A stretch of 64,000 nucleotides of DNA from Mobula hypostoma (lineage: Eukaryota): positions 2,294,001 to 2,358,000 of the forward strand of contig NC_086108.1 in NCBI RefSeq assembly GCF_963921235.1. Reading direction: 5' to 3'. Positions 63,480 through 64,000 of the stretch are shown one piece after another. A program made the position numbers and the translations under genes. Under the pieces are notes generated by a model. The model did no database searches. It was not told the DNA's origin and saw nothing but the letters and a program-made list of their open reading frames with translations. Positions within the stretch are counted from its first letter, which is position 1. Every line of letters begins with the position of its first letter.

Positions 63480-63830
63480 GCCATGTGGGTGATCATGGTC
63501 TTATCCATGACCGTGATTGTTCTTGGCTAATTTTTCTACAGAAGTGGTTTGCCATTGCCTTCTTCTGGGCAGTGTCTTTACAAGACAGGTGACCCCAGTC
63601 ATTATCAATACTCTTCAGAGATTGTCTGCCTGGGGTCAGTGGTCACATAACCAGGACTTGTGATGTGTACCAGCTGCTCATACGACCATCCACCACCTGC
63701 TCCCATGGCTTCATGTGACCCTGATCGGGGGTGGGGAGGGGTCTACGGAGGTGCTACATCTTGCCCAAGGGTGACCTGTAGGAGCACCATGCATCTCCTT
63801 TGGTAGAGACGTATCTCCACCCCACCACCC
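63480..63830 (-). mobile_element. SINE-like element, inverted relative of 55658-55975
   Basis: gtttgccattgccttcttctgggcagtgtctttacaagac..ataaccaggacttgtg is the reverse complement of 55770-55890. Confidence 0.7.
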
Positions 63831-64000
63831 ATATACAGTTAGGGTGGATTACATGGTCATATGTACACAGTGAATGCATGTCATCAAATATCCAGCTGGT
63901 TGAAGAGATTCTTCAGATGTTTTATGGAGACAAGGTAAGTATAGGGTTTACTTCAGGGCCATCTCTGGTCTAAGAACAGAGAACCAGAGTCTGCTGCTTC

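Overview
Eukaryotic, non-genic DNA, most consistent with a cartilaginous fish (inferred from the CR1, Rex/Babar, Penelope and V-SINE repeat repertoire). About 0.52-42.9 kb is one complete G/T-rich satellite array of 25/26-bp monomers with shifting higher-order periods. Its 34.6-kb core has no transposons. Its diverged right edge holds a near full-length CR1 LINE (intact zinc-finger/SGNH-esterase ORF1, broken ORF2, a nested CR1) and a second truncated CR1. The rest (43-64 kb) is a dense mosaic of decayed CR1, Rex/Babar, L1, Tc1, Penelope, RTE-like and SINE fragments with small unique islands. The long His/Ser/Thr/Pro/Gln-rich minus-strand ORFs are satellite translations, not supported genes. 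The most notable unexplained signals are: a twice-repeated non-TE segment with an RSS-like heptamer/13-bp/nonamer next to a degenerate J-like (or V-like) sequence; decayed Penelope-associated hammerhead ribozyme motifs; and a CR1-ended composite carrying L1 and Tc1 pieces. No host protein-coding gene could be identified with confidence.
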